From an uncultured Clostridia bacterium (lineage in GTDB: Bacteria > Bacillota > Clostridia > Oscillospirales > Oscillospiraceae): 48,993 bases of DNA. Under the pieces are notes generated by a model. The model worked only from the letters and a program-made list of their open reading frames with translations, did not search any database and had not been told where the DNA came from. Positions within the stretch are counted from its first letter, which is position 1. Each line of letters begins with the position of its first letter. The stretch covers positions 1 to 48,993 of the forward strand of contig CAMVJF010000001.1 of assembly GCA_947167725.1 (NCBI GenBank), in the 5' to 3' direction. Positions 16,087-25,126 of this stretch are shown in pieces. The position numbers were made by a program, and so were the translations under genes.

Positions 16087-16686
16087 ATGAACATTAAAGA
16101 ATTTTCCGACCGTACCGGCTTTTATCCGTCTTTTGAGCTCTACACCGTGATCGAGGCGCACTACATGGAGCAGTCCGGGGACAAGGACGCATTTTGTAAG
16201 GCGTACAAAGAGAACGCCGACGGGCTCGCCGAGAAGATCCAGCAGGAGGCGGCAATGCTCGCCCTCAACAATCAGAGCCGCATGATCGCAGCGGCGAACG
16301 AGCTCAGAGCCGAGAACGAAACCCTCAAAGAGCAGGCCGAGCGGCTGATCGCTCAGCTGGAGCGCGAGCAGGAGTGGAAACCCTTCGGGCACAACAGCAG
16401 CATGAAGGACGACGACTACGCGAGACTTTGCCAGAGCGGCAGAACCATGACCGACGACGAGGCCGTGGAGCTGATCGCCTCAGAGTTTGGCTTTGCGCCG
16501 GAGAAGATCGAGATCGTGCGCCAAATCAAGACATACGAGGTCAGCCGGCACCGCCAGCTCAGACAGAAGGGCACGATCGACCGGCTGCCGGTATACGACG
16601 CGACCGACTGGAACTACGTCCGCTTCGACTGTGCCGGCTGGCAGTACGAAATGATCAACGGGCAGCTGCACCCCTTCAATGACTGA
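16087..16686 (+). CDS. Hypothetical early protein with a coiled-coil centre
   Basis: ATG at 16087 follows AAAGGAG. 199 aa, with a heptad-like segment AANELRAENETLKEQAERLIAQLEREQE. Confidence 0.55.
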   Translation: MNIKEFSDRTGFYPSFELYTVIEAHYMEQSGDKDAFCKAYKENADGLAEKIQQEAAMLALNNQSRMIAAANELRAENETLKEQAERLIAQLEREQEWKPFGHNSSMKDDDYARLCQSGRTMTDDEAVELIASEFGFAPEKIEIVRQIKTYEVSRHRQLRQKGTIDRLPVYDATDWNYVRFDCAGWQYEMINGQLHPFND

Positions 16687-16698
16687 GGGGGTGCGGAC

Positions 16699-16950
16699 AT
16701 GACGAGCAAGACGCTTGAAAAATACGCGCTTTTGAAAGCAATGCACCAAATCGTCCGCAGCCTAAACAATGAGGGCGCATACTACGACCGCTGGATCCTC
16801 ATTATCCCGGACAAGGCGACAGACGAAGAACTCTACGACATTGCCGAGGACGAGGACGACGAGATCTTCCGCGACTCTGTGAAATGCTTCGAGGGTATCA
16901 TGAAAGACTACATCGACGACGGGCTATATGTGGCCGGTAAATTGTACTGA
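16699..16950 (+). CDS. Hypothetical small acidic protein
   Basis: RBS GAGGGGG upstream, 83 aa, D/E-rich (EELYDIAEDEDDEIFRD). Confidence 0.5.
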   Translation: MTSKTLEKYALLKAMHQIVRSLNNEGAYYDRWILIIPDKATDEELYDIAEDEDDEIFRDSVKCFEGIMKDYIDDGLYVAGKLY

Positions 16951-16962
16951 GGGGGCACCGAT

Positions 16963-17385
16963 ATGAAGGTTATCAAGAGAAAATTCAACCGTTTCACGCA
17001 CATGATCGACGAGCTCGTGATCTTCGAGAGCTCCGACGGCGGCGAGTGCATGGCTGCCTATATGCGGGAGCGGCTGACGATCCCGGACTATGGCAAGGAC
17101 GTGGACGTCATGATCGTGCACGATCCGGAGGTTAAGGACTACGACCTGCGGCCGGAGCTCGGCAAGGTATACAAGGACAAGAGCGGGAACGATCAGCTCT
17201 GCCTCATGGTATACAATGACCGGGAGGCGCAAATGAAGAACCTCACGAGCGGCTGGATCTGCGACGTGCACGGCGTAATCCAGCACCCGGACGGCTCGAT
17301 CGAGTGGCTGCGCTCCCACGGCGGGCACTTCGCTGACGACGCTCTGGCACCTGCCGCCAGCCCGGCGCTGGCACCTGCCACATGA
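16963..17385 (+). CDS. Hypothetical protein
   Basis: RBS GAGGGGG upstream, 140 aa. Confidence 0.5.
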   Translation: MKVIKRKFNRFTHMIDELVIFESSDGGECMAAYMRERLTIPDYGKDVDVMIVHDPEVKDYDLRPELGKVYKDKSGNDQLCLMVYNDREAQMKNLTSGWICDVHGVIQHPDGSIEWLRSHGGHFADDALAPAASPALAPAT

Positions 17386-17927
17386 AGCGCGGGATCGCAG
17401 TCCGCGGCGACTACGACTTCCACGACCGCTACGTCGTAGTAGTCGAGAAGGCGCGCGGCAAGCTGACGCTCGACGAGATCGAGGACGCGCTGCGAACCAA
17501 TGACCGCGGCGCATTCTGCGGCAATTATGTGATCATGCTCCGCTGCGGCGAGTCTACGATCGGCGGCTCCGGCTGGGACATATACGAGGATCTGAAAAGC
17601 GACACCGTGCAGGTGTACCCCGTGGACGGCGAGGACACCTGCCCGGTATGCGCTAAGCTCACCCCGCCCTATCCGTATTGCCCGGAGTGCGGGAGCAGCT
17701 GGGACAGCGAGGGAGAAGAAGCGACAAGGCGGGCAACGGTGGAGAACCTGCTCGACGCTATGAGAGAGGAAGCGGAGCACCGGACAAGGGGCGGCGACCT
17801 CGCAGCGTACTGGCAATACACCGGAGCCGTAAGCATGGCAAGGCAGCTGTGCTTCATTGACACAAAGAAAGCCGCGGAGCTGATCGAGAAAGCAGCAGGC
17901 TTTAAGCCGGAGGGGGTGACGAAATGA
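17382..17927 (+). CDS. Hypothetical protein with a zinc-ribbon motif
   Basis: ATGA overlap with the upstream gene. CPVCAKLTPPYPYCPECG. Confidence 0.5.
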   Translation: MKRGIAVRGDYDFHDRYVVVVEKARGKLTLDEIEDALRTNDRGAFCGNYVIMLRCGESTIGGSGWDIYEDLKSDTVQVYPVDGEDTCPVCAKLTPPYPYCPECGSSWDSEGEEATRRATVENLLDAMREEAEHRTRGGDLAAYWQYTGAVSMARQLCFIDTKKAAELIEKAAGFKPEGVTK

Positions 17928-18271
17928 CCGACGACGAGCAGATCCGCAAAGAGCGGAACGACCAAAATCGCGCACTCGTTCACAAGATCATGAAGGAAGC
18001 GCAGGCAAAGTACGACCGATACTGGAACGACTACCAGACCTGCGGAGGGGCTTCACAGCTGAGAACCGCGCGGAAATACGAGGATCTGCTGATCTGCTGC
18101 GAGCTGGCGCTCAGGGAGCTGGACGAAGGCTGCGAGAACTGCCTCAGACGCTCCCGGAACGGCAAGGCAATGGCCGATCAGCTCCGGCAGCGCCGCGACG
18201 TAGGCGGCGAGACTACGATCAGCATAGATGAGGCGATCGCTCTCGTGGAAACCGCTTCCTCGATCTTTTGA
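17924..18271 (+). CDS. Hypothetical protein
   Basis: ATGA overlap with the upstream gene, 115 aa. Confidence 0.5.
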   Translation: MTDDEQIRKERNDQNRALVHKIMKEAQAKYDRYWNDYQTCGGASQLRTARKYEDLLICCELALRELDEGCENCLRRSRNGKAMADQLRQRRDVGGETTISIDEAIALVETASSIF

Positions 18272-18283
18272 GGGGGTGGCTCT

Positions 18284-18574
18284 ATGTACGAATTGACACC
18301 AGCGGAGCAGCTGCCGGCAAGTGCGGCCGCTCCGGATCTGAGCGACGCGATCCGGCGTCTGGGTGAGGCCTTCAAGGAGCTGGGGCGGCGTCTCGCCGAG
18401 GTATTGACAGCAGCCTGCCGGGAGATCGCCGCAGCGTTTCGCAAATGGCTGGACGCTATTCTCCGGCGAATGAACCCGCGGATCTATCACCTATACAAGC
18501 ACGCAAAGAAGGCGCGAGCCCGAAAAAAGAACTATCACAGACTCATGAAGGAGCTGCACCGGTGGCTAAATTGA
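18284..18574 (+). CDS. Hypothetical protein
   Basis: RBS GAGGGGGTGG upstream, 96 aa, basic C-terminus. Confidence 0.5.
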   Translation: MYELTPAEQLPASAAAPDLSDAIRRLGEAFKELGRRLAEVLTAACREIAAAFRKWLDAILRRMNPRIYHLYKHAKKARARKKNYHRLMKELHRWLN

Positions 18575-18771
18575 AAAGCAAAGGCAAGAACCGCGGCGGC
18601 TACCTCTACGAAGTGTGCCGCGAGTGCGGCAAGGAATGGAACATAGCACGCGGGCAATATATCCCGCCGGCCGGGTATCTCTGCCCGGCGTGCACCTACG
18701 GCAGAAAGGAGGCGCGAGCCAATGAAAACAGCACAGAGCACGGCGCTGGCAGACGTAAGCGTCGATCTTGA
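18571..18771 (+). CDS. Possible small zinc-ribbon protein (start uncertain)
   Basis: TTG at 18571 overlaps the upstream stop. CRECGKEW...CPAC. Overlaps the next, better-supported gene by 50 nt. Confidence 0.3.
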   Translation: MKSKGKNRGGYLYEVCRECGKEWNIARGQYIPPAGYLCPACTYGRKEARANENSTEHGAGRRKRRS

Positions 18772-18919
18772 AACACTACCCGCGCACGAGTCCGACGCGA
18801 TATGCCGGACGGTGCTCGGCTCCGTCTCCCGTTTATTCGACGATCCGGCCGTTCTGGCCGACTACAAACGCTGGAAGAAGGAACGCCAGCGAGAAAAGGA
18901 GCAGAACAATGACACATGA
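18722..18919 (+). CDS. Hypothetical small protein
   Basis: Strong RBS AAAGGAGG upstream, 65 aa. Confidence 0.5.
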   Translation: MKTAQSTALADVSVDLETLPAHESDAICRTVLGSVSRLFDDPAVLADYKRWKKERQREKEQNNDT

Positions 18920-19679
18920 AAACAAAAGCGGCGCGATCTTCGACGAGCTTTTCGGCAAATACTCCGCGCTCGTGTTCTTTGACACCGAGACGAGCGGGCT
19001 CGATCCTTCCACCTGCCAGATCATTGAGCTGGCGGCACAGCGGATCGAGAGGGCGCCGGACGGCTCTCTGACCGTCACCGCTTCAATGGACGACCTCGTT
19101 CAACTGCGACCGGGCGAAAAGCTCCCGGAGAAGATCACGGAGCTGACGCACATCACCGACGAAATGCTCCAGAAGGCAGGCGTCAGCTGCATGGACGCGG
19201 CCGAGCGCTTCACCGGTTTGATCAGACTCGCAGACAAGCCGGTGCTGCTGATCGCGCACAACGCGCACTTCGATCTCCAATTCACCAAGGTGCTGCTCTG
19301 GAGTTGCTGCCCGGCCGGGCTCAGAGCTCTGGAGGCTGCCGACTATCTCGACACGCTGACGGTATACAAAGACCGCCGGGCATATCCTCACCGCCTCGCG
19401 AATGCGATCGAGGACTACGGGCTCGGCGGCAAGGTGCAGAACTCGCACAGGGCGATCGACGACGTGGCCGCTCTGGTGGAGGTGTGCAAGGCAATGGCAG
19501 CGGAGCGGGACGACCTCGGCGCCTATGTGAATATCTTCGGATATAACCCGAAGTACGGCGTCAGCGGGCAGCGCGTGGACGGCGTGACATACTGGCCGCA
19601 GTATTATTCCGACGAAATGCGCGGAGCGGCTGAGATCCTGCCGGAGATCGTAAGAAAGGAGGGCGGCTTTCGTGGCTGA
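18909..19679 (+). CDS. DnaQ-like 3'-5' exonuclease (DEDDh family)
   Basis: Exo motifs VFFDTETSGLD, LIAHNAHFDLQF and HRAIDDVAAL. Confidence 0.75.
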   Translation: MTHENKSGAIFDELFGKYSALVFFDTETSGLDPSTCQIIELAAQRIERAPDGSLTVTASMDDLVQLRPGEKLPEKITELTHITDEMLQKAGVSCMDAAERFTGLIRLADKPVLLIAHNAHFDLQFTKVLLWSCCPAGLRALEAADYLDTLTVYKDRRAYPHRLANAIEDYGLGGKVQNSHRAIDDVAALVEVCKAMAAERDDLGAYVNIFGYNPKYGVSGQRVDGVTYWPQYYSDEMRGAAEILPEIVRKEGGFRG

Positions 19680-20508
19680 GGCTGAGAAGAAGGAGCGGGC
19701 AGCTCCGGCAAAGCAGACAGCACCGAAGGCCGCGACGCTCCAGCAGAAGTTTGTCGAGCTGCGGAAAGCGATCCCCGTGATCGTCAGAGGCAGCACGAAC
19801 GAGGAACACGGCTACACCTTCGCGAAGATCTCCGACGTGTACCGCCTTCTCGTGCCGGCTATGAACGAGCACGGCGTCAACTTCGACATAGTAGAGGAAC
19901 GGGCGACGAGGCACGACCAGAACGGCGACGCGAGGTACGTCACAAGCTACACGCAGAACACCGGCAGAGGCGAGCGCGTCGTCTGGATCTACGAGGCCGA
20001 TCTGGTGATCCGCTGGACGAATGCGGAGAACCCGAAAGACGCAATGGACGTGACGCTGCACGCAATCGGCACCAATGACGGCGGCCCGGATAAGGCGAAG
20101 GGCTCCGCGTGGACGTATTGCCTCAAATATTATCTTTTTGAGAAATTCAGCATTGACCAAGGCACAGACGATCCCGACGCAGCAGATCACAGCACGGCAC
20201 CGTCTCAGAGGGCACCACAAGCTCCGACAGCGGCTCCGACTGCTGGGGGCAATAATTACCCGCCCGGAGCTGCACAGGGGCAGCAGCGGCCGCAGGGAGG
20301 CGCTGTGCGTCCTCTGAGCGAGGCGCAGCTGAGCAGGCTTTACAAGAAGGCAGAGGCAGCGGGCATAGCACAGCAGCAGGTGAACGCTCAGATCTTCCAG
20401 AGGTACGGGCAGCAGGATCCGCACAACCTCACGCGGCAGCAGTATGACGAGATCTGCGCCTACATGGACAACGCAGCAAGGCAAGGAGGAAACACAAATG
20501 CTCAATAG
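19672..20508 (+). CDS. ERF-family single-strand annealing recombinase
   Basis: GTG start. FVELRKAIPVI...GYTFAKISDVYRLLVPAMNEHGV...KGSAWTYCLKYYLFEKF fits the ERF superfamily pattern. Sits next to SSB and the exonuclease. Confidence 0.7.
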   Translation: MAEAEKKERAAPAKQTAPKAATLQQKFVELRKAIPVIVRGSTNEEHGYTFAKISDVYRLLVPAMNEHGVNFDIVEERATRHDQNGDARYVTSYTQNTGRGERVVWIYEADLVIRWTNAENPKDAMDVTLHAIGTNDGGPDKAKGSAWTYCLKYYLFEKFSIDQGTDDPDAADHSTAPSQRAPQAPTAAPTAGGNNYPPGAAQGQQRPQGGAVRPLSEAQLSRLYKKAEAAGIAQQQVNAQIFQRYGQQDPHNLTRQQYDEICAYMDNAARQGGNTNAQ

Positions 20509-20905
20509 TGTGAATTTGCAGGGCAGGCTCACCGAGTCGCCGGAGCTCAGATACACGCAGGGCGGCGTCCCCGTCGTCCGCTTCGGGCTCGCGGTAGAGG
20601 GGGCAGGCAAAGACGCGCCGACGGACTTCTTCACGATCGTGTGCTGGAGAGAGACGGCCGAGTTTGTCGCCCGGTATCTGACCAAGGGGCGGCAGGTAGT
20701 CGTCGAGGGCAGGCTCACGACGAACAAGTGGACGGACAAGAACGGCTGCAATCGCAAAGACGTGGAGATCACGGCAAACCGCGTGCACTTCGCTGGGAAC
20801 AAGGAGCAGCAGCAGGATCCCGGATATCAGGCACCGCCGCAGAACTACGATGACGTGCCGCCGGACTTCGATGTGCCGCCGGAATTTATGGGCGGCGGAT
20901 ATTGA
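20498..20905 (+). CDS. ssb: Single-stranded DNA-binding protein
   Basis: OB-fold N-terminus MLNSVNLQGRLTESPELRYTQGGVPVVRFGLAV...VVEGRLTTNKWTDKNG, with a Q/P-rich acidic tail. Confidence 0.85.
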   Translation: MLNSVNLQGRLTESPELRYTQGGVPVVRFGLAVEGAGKDAPTDFFTIVCWRETAEFVARYLTKGRQVVVEGRLTTNKWTDKNGCNRKDVEITANRVHFAGNKEQQQDPGYQAPPQNYDDVPPDFDVPPEFMGGGY

Positions 20906-21033
20906 TACAAACGACCGCCGGACAGACCACGGACAGACCGCAAAGCGACCGAAAACAAACCGAGAGGAAACCGCGCTGCGACCGTTTAAGCTATCCGGCA
21001 TAACCAAAAACCGACCGAAAGGAGGTGCGATCA

Positions 21034-21909
21034 ATGGCATGGATCCAAGTGCACCAGACACTCAAAGACCACCGCAAAGTCTACGCGGCCGCCGACGCGC
21101 TCGACGTCGATCCAGCGCACGCGCTGGGGCTGATCGTGAGCTTTTGGCTCTGGGCTTTGGACAATGCACCGAGCGGATCGCTGGACGGTATCAGCAATCG
21201 CATGATCGCCAGAGCAGCGCAATGGACAGGCAACGCCGACGAGTTTGTGGAGGCGCTGAAAAGCGCGGAATTACTGGACGAAACGCCCGGCGGAGGGCTG
21301 GAGCTGCACGACTGGCAGGAATACACCGGGAGTCTGATTGAGAAACGAGAAGCGGAGAAACAGCGCTCCAGAAAGAGGCGCGCCGCTGCCAAAGAGACGC
21401 CCGCAGACGCCGCCGCGCTGCCGCCTTCATGGAGTCAAACGACCGCCGGACAGACCGCGGACGGAACAGAGGGCGACCAGCAAAAGACCGCAGGTAGAGT
21501 AGAGTATAGTAGAGTAGAGTATAGTAGAGAAGAAATAGGGGGTAAACCCCCTATATCCCCCGACGCCGTGAGCGAGCGCTTCGCTCGTTTCTGGAAAGCA
21601 TATCCGAAAAAAGTCGGCAAGGGAGCAGCTGAGAAGGCATGGAAGAAGATCAAGCCCTCTGCGGAGCTGTTCGACACGATCATGGCAGCCATAGACGCAG
21701 CCAAAGCCTCAGAACAATGGCAGCGAGAGAACGGCCGCTACATTCCGAACCCGGCGACATGGCTCAACCAGAGCCGCTGGGAGGACGAGCTGCCGCCAGC
21801 CGCTCCGCTTTACTCTCAACCGCAGGCAGGTGGAAAAGGTGGAAAACCTAACACCATGGACGTGCTCGCCGGCATAATCGCAGCAGAGGAAGGAGGGGCG
21901 CCGGTATGA
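21034..21909 (+). CDS. Phage replisome organiser / replication initiation protein
   Basis: ATG at 21034 follows AAAGGAGG. N-terminus WIQVHQTLKDHRKV... and C-terminus FWKAYPKKVGKGAAEKAWKKI...NGRYIPNPATWLNQSRWEDE are typical of replisome-organiser/DnaD-like phage proteins. Contains internal iteron-like repeats. Confidence 0.65.
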   Translation: MAWIQVHQTLKDHRKVYAAADALDVDPAHALGLIVSFWLWALDNAPSGSLDGISNRMIARAAQWTGNADEFVEALKSAELLDETPGGGLELHDWQEYTGSLIEKREAEKQRSRKRRAAAKETPADAAALPPSWSQTTAGQTADGTEGDQQKTAGRVEYSRVEYSREEIGGKPPISPDAVSERFARFWKAYPKKVGKGAAEKAWKKIKPSAELFDTIMAAIDAAKASEQWQRENGRYIPNPATWLNQSRWEDELPPAAPLYSQPQAGGKGGKPNTMDVLAGIIAAEEGGAPV

Positions 21910-22568
21910 CAAGAGCAGACGCGGCAAAGCTGGTGGCGATCATTGTCACAGCCTACCCGAACTTCGACAAATTCCGGGACGCGCAGGCCGTGGCCTCGAC
22001 CGTCGATCTCTGGGCGGCTATGTTCGCAGACGACGACGCCCGGATCGTAGGGCTCGCAGTTAAGAAGCACATAGCGACGAACAAGTGGCCGCCGAGTGTG
22101 GCAGAGCTCCGGGAGATCATGCTGGAGATCCAGAGGCCGGAGCTGATCGCCCCGGATCAAGCGTGGGCGGCAGTCTCCGACTATATGCACACCGCCGGGA
22201 GCTGGAGCGGCGATCATCTGGACAGGGCTCTCCCGCCGCTCGTGGCGCGTGCGGTGGAGGTTATAGGGTACCACAATCTCTACGAAATGAACCGGGGGGC
22301 ATACGGCGACAGCAAGCCCGGCATGGCTCGCGTGGCATTTATGCAGCAATACACGGCAATGTATGACCGTGAGAAGGCCAGAGCAATGACGCCGGCAGAG
22401 ATCACGGCAACGATCGACGCGATCGCCGGAGCTCTCCCGGATAAGGGACAGCGCCTTCTCGCCGTCAGAGAGCAAGACCGCCGAAGAAAAGACCGAGAGT
22501 GGGACGAGATCACGCACCTGAGCTTCGACAGCATAACAATGACAGCGCGGCCGGCGCTGGAAGGATAG
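21906..22568 (+). CDS. G39P-like helicase loader
   Basis: AAKLVAIIVTAYPNFDKF...VDLWAAMFADDD...KKHIATNKWPPSVAELRE matches the SPP1 G39P loader-family pattern. Confidence 0.55.
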   Translation: MTRADAAKLVAIIVTAYPNFDKFRDAQAVASTVDLWAAMFADDDARIVGLAVKKHIATNKWPPSVAELREIMLEIQRPELIAPDQAWAAVSDYMHTAGSWSGDHLDRALPPLVARAVEVIGYHNLYEMNRGAYGDSKPGMARVAFMQQYTAMYDREKARAMTPAEITATIDAIAGALPDKGQRLLAVREQDRRRKDREWDEITHLSFDSITMTARPALEG

Positions 22569-22579
22569 GAGGGCGATCC

Positions 22580-22825
22580 GTGAAACACGAGCTCAAAATA
22601 TTACCGGAATACTTCGAGGCCGTCGTGAGGGGGATCAAGACATTTGAAGTCAGAAAAGACGACCGCCCATACAACCCCGGCGACGTTCTCATGCTCAGAG
22701 AATACGACGGCACAGAGTACACCGGGAGAACCTGCGGCGCCGACGTGCTCTATGTCCTGCGCGGCGAGTATTGCCGGGACGGCTATTGCATTATGAGCAT
22801 AAAACCAAGGAGGGCAGCCAAATGA
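22580..22825 (+). CDS. DUF3850/ASCH-like PUA-fold protein
   Basis: GTG at 22580 follows AGGAGGG. HELKILPEYFEAVVRGIKTFEVRKDDRPYNPGDVLMLREY. Confidence 0.7.
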   Translation: MKHELKILPEYFEAVVRGIKTFEVRKDDRPYNPGDVLMLREYDGTEYTGRTCGADVLYVLRGEYCRDGYCIMSIKPRRAAK

Positions 22826-23607
22826 CCGACGAAGAACTGAGCCGCGGGCGGCGCTGCTGCTGCTGCGACTACGCCACCAAAAACAGCACCGGCTATTACT
22901 GTGCACGCTGGAACGGCCCGACGAATGGGCCGGACGACTGGTGCTTTTATTACAAACCGAAACCGGAAGGAGGAACCACCATGAAAGACGAAACAACAAC
23001 AGCGACCGATCTCTCCGCAGCGCCGGAGGCCGTGAAGGCTCAGATCCTCGCAAACGATCAGAAGCTCCGCGACCGTGACAGCGGCAAGCGCTCCCGGCTG
23101 GTGTATATCTGCTCCAGATACAAGGACGATCCAGACCGGAACGTCCAGAAAGCGCAGGAATACTGCCGGGAGGCTATGGAGCTCTGGCCAGACGTGCTGC
23201 CGCTCGCGCCTCATGTGTATTTTACACAGTTTTTGGACGACAGCGTGCCGCGCGAGAGGGCTCTCGGTTTGGCCGCCGGGATCTCACTGCTGGATATGTG
23301 CGACGAGATCTGGGTGTACGGTATGGAAAATCCGAGCGAGGGCATGGCTGCCGAGATCGCATACGCGAAGGAGCACGGGATCCCGATCATCGACGCCGCG
23401 GAGCTGTACCGAAACAGGAAGCGGGAGCAGCTGGACACACCGATCGGCAGCGTCACGATCTCCCCGCCGGCCTCGCGCTCTGACCTCGAAGGCGTGAGCG
23501 CCTGCTCCGCTGCGGAGATCACGATTGAGGGGGAGCTGATCTGCGAGCTGGCGAAACAGCTCCGGCGCAATCCCGGCCGCGATCTGATTGTCAACGGGGA
23601 GCTGTGA
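22822..23607 (+). CDS. Cys-rich N-terminal domain fused to a DUF4406 / nucleoside deoxyribosyltransferase-like domain
   Basis: N-terminus RRCCCCDYATKNSTGYYCARW...WCFYYKP. C-terminus LVYICSRYKDDP...LAPHVYF...MCDEIWVYG...SEGMAAEIAYAKEHGIPI. Confidence 0.5.
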   Translation: MTDEELSRGRRCCCCDYATKNSTGYYCARWNGPTNGPDDWCFYYKPKPEGGTTMKDETTTATDLSAAPEAVKAQILANDQKLRDRDSGKRSRLVYICSRYKDDPDRNVQKAQEYCREAMELWPDVLPLAPHVYFTQFLDDSVPRERALGLAAGISLLDMCDEIWVYGMENPSEGMAAEIAYAKEHGIPIIDAAELYRNRKREQLDTPIGSVTISPPASRSDLEGVSACSAAEITIEGELICELAKQLRRNPGRDLIVNGEL

Positions 23608-24224
23608 GCGGCTGGAGAGAGATCCGGGGCAAGAATAGCGAGGGCTACCCGGATCCGACAGCGACGACGGCACTCGCGAACATAGCACGAGAGGAACGCA
23701 GGCAGAGGGGGCTCCGGAGCAGGCTTGACGGTGAGATCTTCGAGAACATGATCCAGACGAGCCTCGACTGGTACCGTGACAAGGGGCTCGCGTATGTTGA
23801 GAAAACGCCGGAGCCTATGCGGCCTCTGGCACCGCCGAACAAGCAGGGGCAGTTTAAGGCCTGCTACACCAAAGCCGGGCAGCCGGACTTCAAGGGGACG
23901 CTGATCGGCGGCCGGGCGATCGTATTCGAGGCAAAGCACACCGGGGACGACCGGATCGAATACGGGCGTCTGACCGCGGAGCAGGTGCAGAGCCTCACGG
24001 ATCACGACCGGCTCGGCGCTGCCGCATACGTCATGGTGAGTTTTAAGCTCCAGAACTTCTACCGGATCCCGTGGAGCGTCTGGCGCGACATGAAGGAGCT
24101 GTACGGCCGGAAATACATCAAGGAGGCAGAGCTCGCACCGTATCGGGTGAAGTTTATCGCCGGCGTGATCAAGCTGCTGGAAGGCGTGGAGACGACGCTC
24201 GCGGAAATGGAGGCGAACAAGTGA
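23604..24224 (+). CDS. recU: RecU-like Holliday junction resolvase
   Basis: GEIFENMIQTSLDWYRDKGLAYVEKTPEP...QPDFKGTLIGGRAIVFEAKHT fits the RecU core motifs. Confidence 0.7.
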   Translation: MSGWREIRGKNSEGYPDPTATTALANIAREERRQRGLRSRLDGEIFENMIQTSLDWYRDKGLAYVEKTPEPMRPLAPPNKQGQFKACYTKAGQPDFKGTLIGGRAIVFEAKHTGDDRIEYGRLTAEQVQSLTDHDRLGAAAYVMVSFKLQNFYRIPWSVWRDMKELYGRKYIKEAELAPYRVKFIAGVIKLLEGVETTLAEMEANK

Positions 24225-24424
24225 CGATCAAGGAGGCAAACGAGGCCGCCCGCCAGCTGCTCCCGGTGATCTTCGACGGCATGGAGTTTGAACGGATAAC
24301 ACAAGTCGGGATCAACTACAACGACAAGGGAGAGCCGCGGTATTTTCTCCAGATTTTAGGAAAGAACCACGGCAGCGTCGTATATGTGGAGCCGAGAAGC
24401 TGCGAGGTTAAGCGGCCGAACTAA
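24221..24424 (+). CDS. Hypothetical small protein
   Basis: GTG overlaps the recU stop (GTGA), 67 aa. Confidence 0.4.
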   Translation: MTIKEANEAARQLLPVIFDGMEFERITQVGINYNDKGEPRYFLQILGKNHGSVVYVEPRSCEVKRPN

Positions 24425-24446
24425 TTCAAAGAAAAGGAGCAGGAAC

Positions 24447-25126
24447 ATGAACAAGGCATTATTAAGCAGCAAGAACATGAGCTGGTGCACGCCGCCGGAC
24501 TTCTTCGCGGAGCTGGATCGTGAATTTTCTTTTAATCTGGATCCCGCAGCAACGCCAAAGAGTGCGAAGTGCTCCCGGTACTTCACGCCGGAGGACGACG
24601 GCCTGCGGCAGAGCTGGGGGGGTGTAGCGTGTTCTGTAATCCACCATACGGCCGCGCGATCGGCGAATGGGTGCAGAAGGGCTACGAGGAAAGCCGAAAG
24701 CCCGGCACCGTCGTGGTAATGCTGATACCGGCGAGGACGGACACGGCATATTTTCACGACTTTATCTTCCACGGCAAAGCCGACGAGGTGAGGTTTCTCC
24801 GCGGGCGGCTGAAATTCACAGACGAGGACGGGAACGCAAAGGACGCAGCGCCGTTTCCCTCTGCTGTGATCGTTTGGCGCAGCCCGGATATGTCGAAGGG
24901 CGTCAAGGATATGGTGCTGGAGCTGATCAAGGACGAGGCTCTGACGGCGAACGAGATCGCCGCAGCTCTGAGCGACAAAGGCCAGAGGGTAAGCCGCAGC
25001 GACGTGGGGCCAATCCTCACAAAAGCGCAGGCAGCCGGCAAGGCTATGAACGCCGGCAAGCGCGTGTGCAGAGTGACCGGGCGATCTGCTATCGTCTGGA
25101 GAGCTCAGAAAGGGGCAGGAACATGA
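24447..25126 (+). CDS. Phage DNA N6-adenine methyltransferase (Dam family), split by a frameshift at a G7 tract (24616-24622)
   Basis: The N-terminal part, in frame 0, reads WCTPPDFFAELDREFSFNLDPAAT...DGLRQSWGG. The catalytic part is in the -1 frame: SVFCNPPYGRAIGEWV...LIPARTDTAYFH...LRGRLKF. One additional G would fuse the two parts. Confidence 0.8.

Noticed and set aside
20903-20986. An in-frame open extension of 27 codons (YKRPPDRPRTDRKATENKPRGNRAATV) after the SSB TGA stop, which could suggest stop-codon read-through.
   Set aside because: No read-through context or structure is recognisable. The extension is basic, unlike the acidic C-terminal tip an SSB needs. It also overlaps the GACCG-rich leader and 21-nt repeat, which explains it better as regulatory DNA.
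24913-25126. Possible separate small winged-helix gene (MVLELIKDEALTANEIAAALSDKGQRVSRSDV...) at the 3' end of the Dam ORF.
   Set aside because: It is in frame with the methyltransferase catalytic domain, with no intervening stop and no clear RBS. It is treated as a C-terminal domain of the same protein.
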